NCBI GenBank assembly: GCA_964016885.1 | Contig: CAXHJY010000931.1 | Span: 55,600 to 119,599 of the forward strand | Length of the DNA: 64,000 bases | Source: Eledone cirrhosa | Taxonomy: Eukaryota | Direction: 5' to 3' | In this document: positions 60,846 through 64,000 of the stretch, one piece after another | Layout: each line of letters starts with the position of its first letter | Numbering within the stretch: position 1 is the stretch's first letter | Made by a program: the position numbers and the translations under genes | The notes under the pieces: generated by a model | Database searches by the model: none | What the model was told of the DNA's origin: nothing | What the model saw: only the letters and a program-made list of their open reading frames with translations

Positions 60846-60911
60846 TATTTTGTCTGAAGACGGCATAACATATTGTTAATATGATATCCCTGAAATATAT
60901 ATAACGAAATA
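60846..60911 (+). ncRNA. type I hammerhead ribozyme within a ~420-bp PLE terminal-repeat-like island (60625-61045)
   Basis: TATTTTGT-CTGAAGA-CGGCATAACATATT.GTT.AATATGATATCCCT-GAAA-TATATA-TA-ACGAAATA. Stem I is fully paired. Downstream GTTGAGTGCTT is shared with the 45-kb element. Confidence 0.72.
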
Positions 60912-61372
60912 AATATGGTTTTATAAATATAGTTTCCATTTATTTAATATCATAAATATACTCCAAATACTTGTTGAGTGCTTTTATATCAGTTATAAAT
61001 ATTTACTCGTTGTTAACCCAACAATTTAAATATAACTTTCCATATAATATATATATATATATAATATATATATATATATATAATATATATATATATATAT
61101 AATATATATATATATATAATATATATATATATATAATATATATATATAATATATATATATATATAATATATATATATATAATATATATATATATATATAA
61201 TATATATATATATATATAATATATATATATATAATATATATATATATATAATATATATATATATATAATATATATATATAATATATATATATATATAATA
61301 TATATATATATATAATATATATATATATATAATATATATATATATATAATATATATATATATATATAATATA

Positions 61373-61412
<40 letters not shown>

Positions 61413-61690
61413 TAATATATATATATAATATATATAATATATATATATAATATATATAATATATATATATAATATATATAATATATATATATAATATATA
61501 TAATATATATATATATATATATAATATATATATATAATATATATATATAATATATATATATAATATATATATATAATATATATATATAATATATATATAT
61601 AATATATATATATAATATATATATAATATATATATATATAATATATATATATAATATATATAATATATATATATAATATATATATATATA

Positions 61691-62035
61691 ATAGTAATAA
61701 TAATAAAATTGAAGACTAAAATCCAAAGACGGCTCGATAAGGAAAATATATATCAAATATATAAGAACCGTAGAGAAAATATTTATTAAAATAACAGATT
61801 AAAGTTTAAGCAAAGAATCGCTGCTTTCACCCTTAACGGGATCTTCTGAAACTAACAAGTCAATCTGTAAACGCAGAACTGGATATTTCAAATAACGTTG
61901 CAACCGGAGGAAGACTGGAAGACGATACTTTGGTTCGTGGAAACGTTCGCTGGCTAAGAACGGGAAAAAACGAATAATACGTCATTAATAGGAGCGGTGA
62001 AAAACAAATACGCGCAAAGAGAGAACCACGTTTAT
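61691..62035 (-). mobile_element. inverted pseudo-LTR upstream of the truncated PLE ORF, with a degenerate hammerhead
   Basis: Minus strand ~61850-61815 reads CAGAAGA-TCCCGTTAAGGGT-GAAA (core U4 altered). Abuts (TA)n and the RT truncation point. Ends shared with 42638. Confidence 0.55.
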
Positions 62036-63620
62036 GGTCACAAATCCAATTTTCCGAACAACCCCTCTATTCGGCTTATTAACCCTACGAAATCCGACTT
62101 AGGTAGACTTAGTAAAACGATTCTCGATAGAATTATACCTGAAATTAGAAGTTTGGCCCCTCTCGCACTGTGCAACAGTTCTTTCGCGGTGATTGATTGG
62201 TTCAACGGCATATATAACAAGGAACATTGCCGTTTTATCCAATTCGACATTAACAATTACTACTCCTCCATCACTTTACCACTTCTCCTTAGAGCTATCA
62301 ATTTCGCTAAAACACTCACAGTGGTTAAGGATTTCGAAGTTGATGTCATCCTTAATGCCCGAAAGTCGGTGATTAATTTCGACGACTCTATTTGGATTAA
62401 AAAATCCAATAGTACCCCATTCGACGTGAGTATGGGCGCCAGTGACTCTGCGGAGGTTACTGATCTTATTGGCCTTTTCCTTCTTTTCTCTATCAAGGAC
62501 GAATTCCCCAACGCGGGCGGTGGTTTGTACCGTGACGATGGTCTTTTGACCATGACTAAGTGCGGACCTCGTGCTTGCGACAGGTTCAGAAAAGAACTCA
62601 CAGCCTTCTTTAAAGGCTTCAACCTCTCTATACAGGTTGAGGCCAATCGCTCGGTCGTTAATTACCTCGACGTTACCCTTAATTTATTGAATGGGTTGTA
62701 TTACCCGTATAGAAAGCGAATGATACGCTTAATTACATAAGTAAGCATTCCAACCATCCTGCCAGCATAACCAAGAACATGGTAAAAAACGTTTCGTTGA
62801 GGCTTTCCCGTCTTTCCACCAACGAGCGCATTTTCAACGACCATTCCACTTACTACAATGAAGCTCTTGCTCGAAGTGGATTTGTTGATAAGGTAGCATA
62901 TACAGAGTACGAAAATAGACCTAGAAGAAATAGATCCCGTCGCATTTGTTGGTTTAACCCACCATATAATATGGAGGTGGCCACACCATTAGCTAAGATC
63001 TTTCTTTCCCCTATTACGAAGCATTTCCCCCTACACATAAATATAGTAAAATTTTTAATAAAAATACTATTAAAATGTCTTACTCTACGACTCCTAACGT
63101 TGCACATAACATCACAGCTTCAAATTTTGCTAAACTACCTAGCCGTAGGAACACGTGCAACCCTGTAGTTAGTACTAACTGTAATTGTAGGAATCGGGCT
63201 GATTGCCCCCTATCCGGGAAATGCCTCTCTAGTAAAATCGTCTACAAATGTAAGGTTGTAACACCCACGTCCCGTAGGGCCTACATAGGGTTAACCGCCA
63301 ATAGTTTCAAGCAGCGTCTTTACATGCATACCCATTCTTTTCGTTACCCACTAAGAAGGAATATGACGTCACTTTCAGCTTATATCTGGAGTCTAAAAGA
63401 CAACCACACCCAATATAAGTTACACTGGGAGATCCTAGCTAGGGCTAGATCGTATAACGGAAATAAAAGACCATGTGACCTCTGCGCCGCTGAGGCCCTG
63501 GAAATACTCTACGCCAGGGACCACATCTTAAACAAAAAATCTGAGGCAATTTCGGCTTGTAAACATAAATTGCACAAAACTTTCCTGTATTACAGCCCCA
63601 CGTTATACCCCAACGGATAG
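62036..63620 (+). pseudogene. Penelope-like retroelement ORF (reverse transcriptase + GIY-YIG endonuclease), Naiad-like, 5'-truncated, two frameshifts
   Basis: RT motifs RLINPTKS, IQFDI, VSMGA, GLYRDDGL and YLDV. Thumb motifs SNHP and WFNPPY. Cys motif CNCRNRADCPLSGKC. GIY-YIG motifs IVYKC...YIG, FKQR, CDLC..E and LNKKSE. Single-base frameshifts near 62717 and 63037 join the three ORFs. Confidence 0.93.
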
Positions 63621-64000
63621 CACGATCTATACGTGGATATTTTACGTCTTGATGTGGGAGCTAAGTATATGTTTTGTTTATTCCTTTAACTATTTGCATA
63701 GGTAAGTATATATTACCCGTATGTTTTGAGAAGGTATGTATACCTTCTCGTACGTATATTTGACTGTTATGGCGTATAATTTTACATATTCTGGTATTTA
63801 GGGTTTGGCTATGTGTATACGGGAGTTTTGCGTCTGCGTGAGTATGCAGGTTCGTACGTATGGTGGGTGTGTGTATATGTGTACTTCTTGTTTTAGTTGA
63901 CTTACGTCTCCGAACATTCGTGTATTTATTTGTAGGTATGTGTGTGCGCTTGTTATATACGTATTTATTTACTTATATACGTTTATATAATTATATATTT
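63621..64000 (+). mobile_element. probable T/G-rich 3' UTR of the Penelope-like element, running off the window
   Basis: Follows the stop directly. T-rich non-coding composition. Confidence 0.5.

Noticed and set aside
62718-62740. Selenocysteine TGA or programmed frameshift in the PLE
   Set aside because: The breaks are explained by single-base deletions restoring a YRKxNDTLNYISKHSNHP-type sequence. No in-frame TGA at Cys positions and no slippery site seen.
62038-63107. Minus-strand ORFs of 72-128 aa
   Set aside because: Antisense shadows of the PLE ORF.

Overview
Eukaryotic, AT-rich, almost entirely repetitive window. The tRNA-derived Nin/Deu-type SINEs point to an invertebrate, most likely an octopus or other cephalopod (inference). 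Layout: 1-5000 is a 41-bp satellite. 5-13 kb is SINE/microsatellite-rich DNA with a few candidate exons. 12980-41793 is a 21-bp satellite (about 1,370 units) whose minus strand is one uninterrupted reading frame (LYSIAST heptads). 42-46.6 kb is a cluster of fold-back elements and Helitrons. 46.6-61.7 kb is a polar (TA)nA field containing a ~4.3-kb tandem duplication. 61.7-64 kb is a 5'-truncated, frameshifted Penelope-like retroelement (RT + GIY-YIG, Naiad-like). The most notable signal is a set of different short non-coding elements in or beside (TA)n tracts. They carry type I hammerhead ribozyme motifs (intact, degenerate or 3'-half only), fold-back inversions and a shared downstream TGAGTRCT motif, which suggests a ribozyme-bearing mini-element system mobilised by Penelope-like elements. 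Almost all long ORFs in the track are repeat artefacts, and no intact host gene is confidently identifiable.
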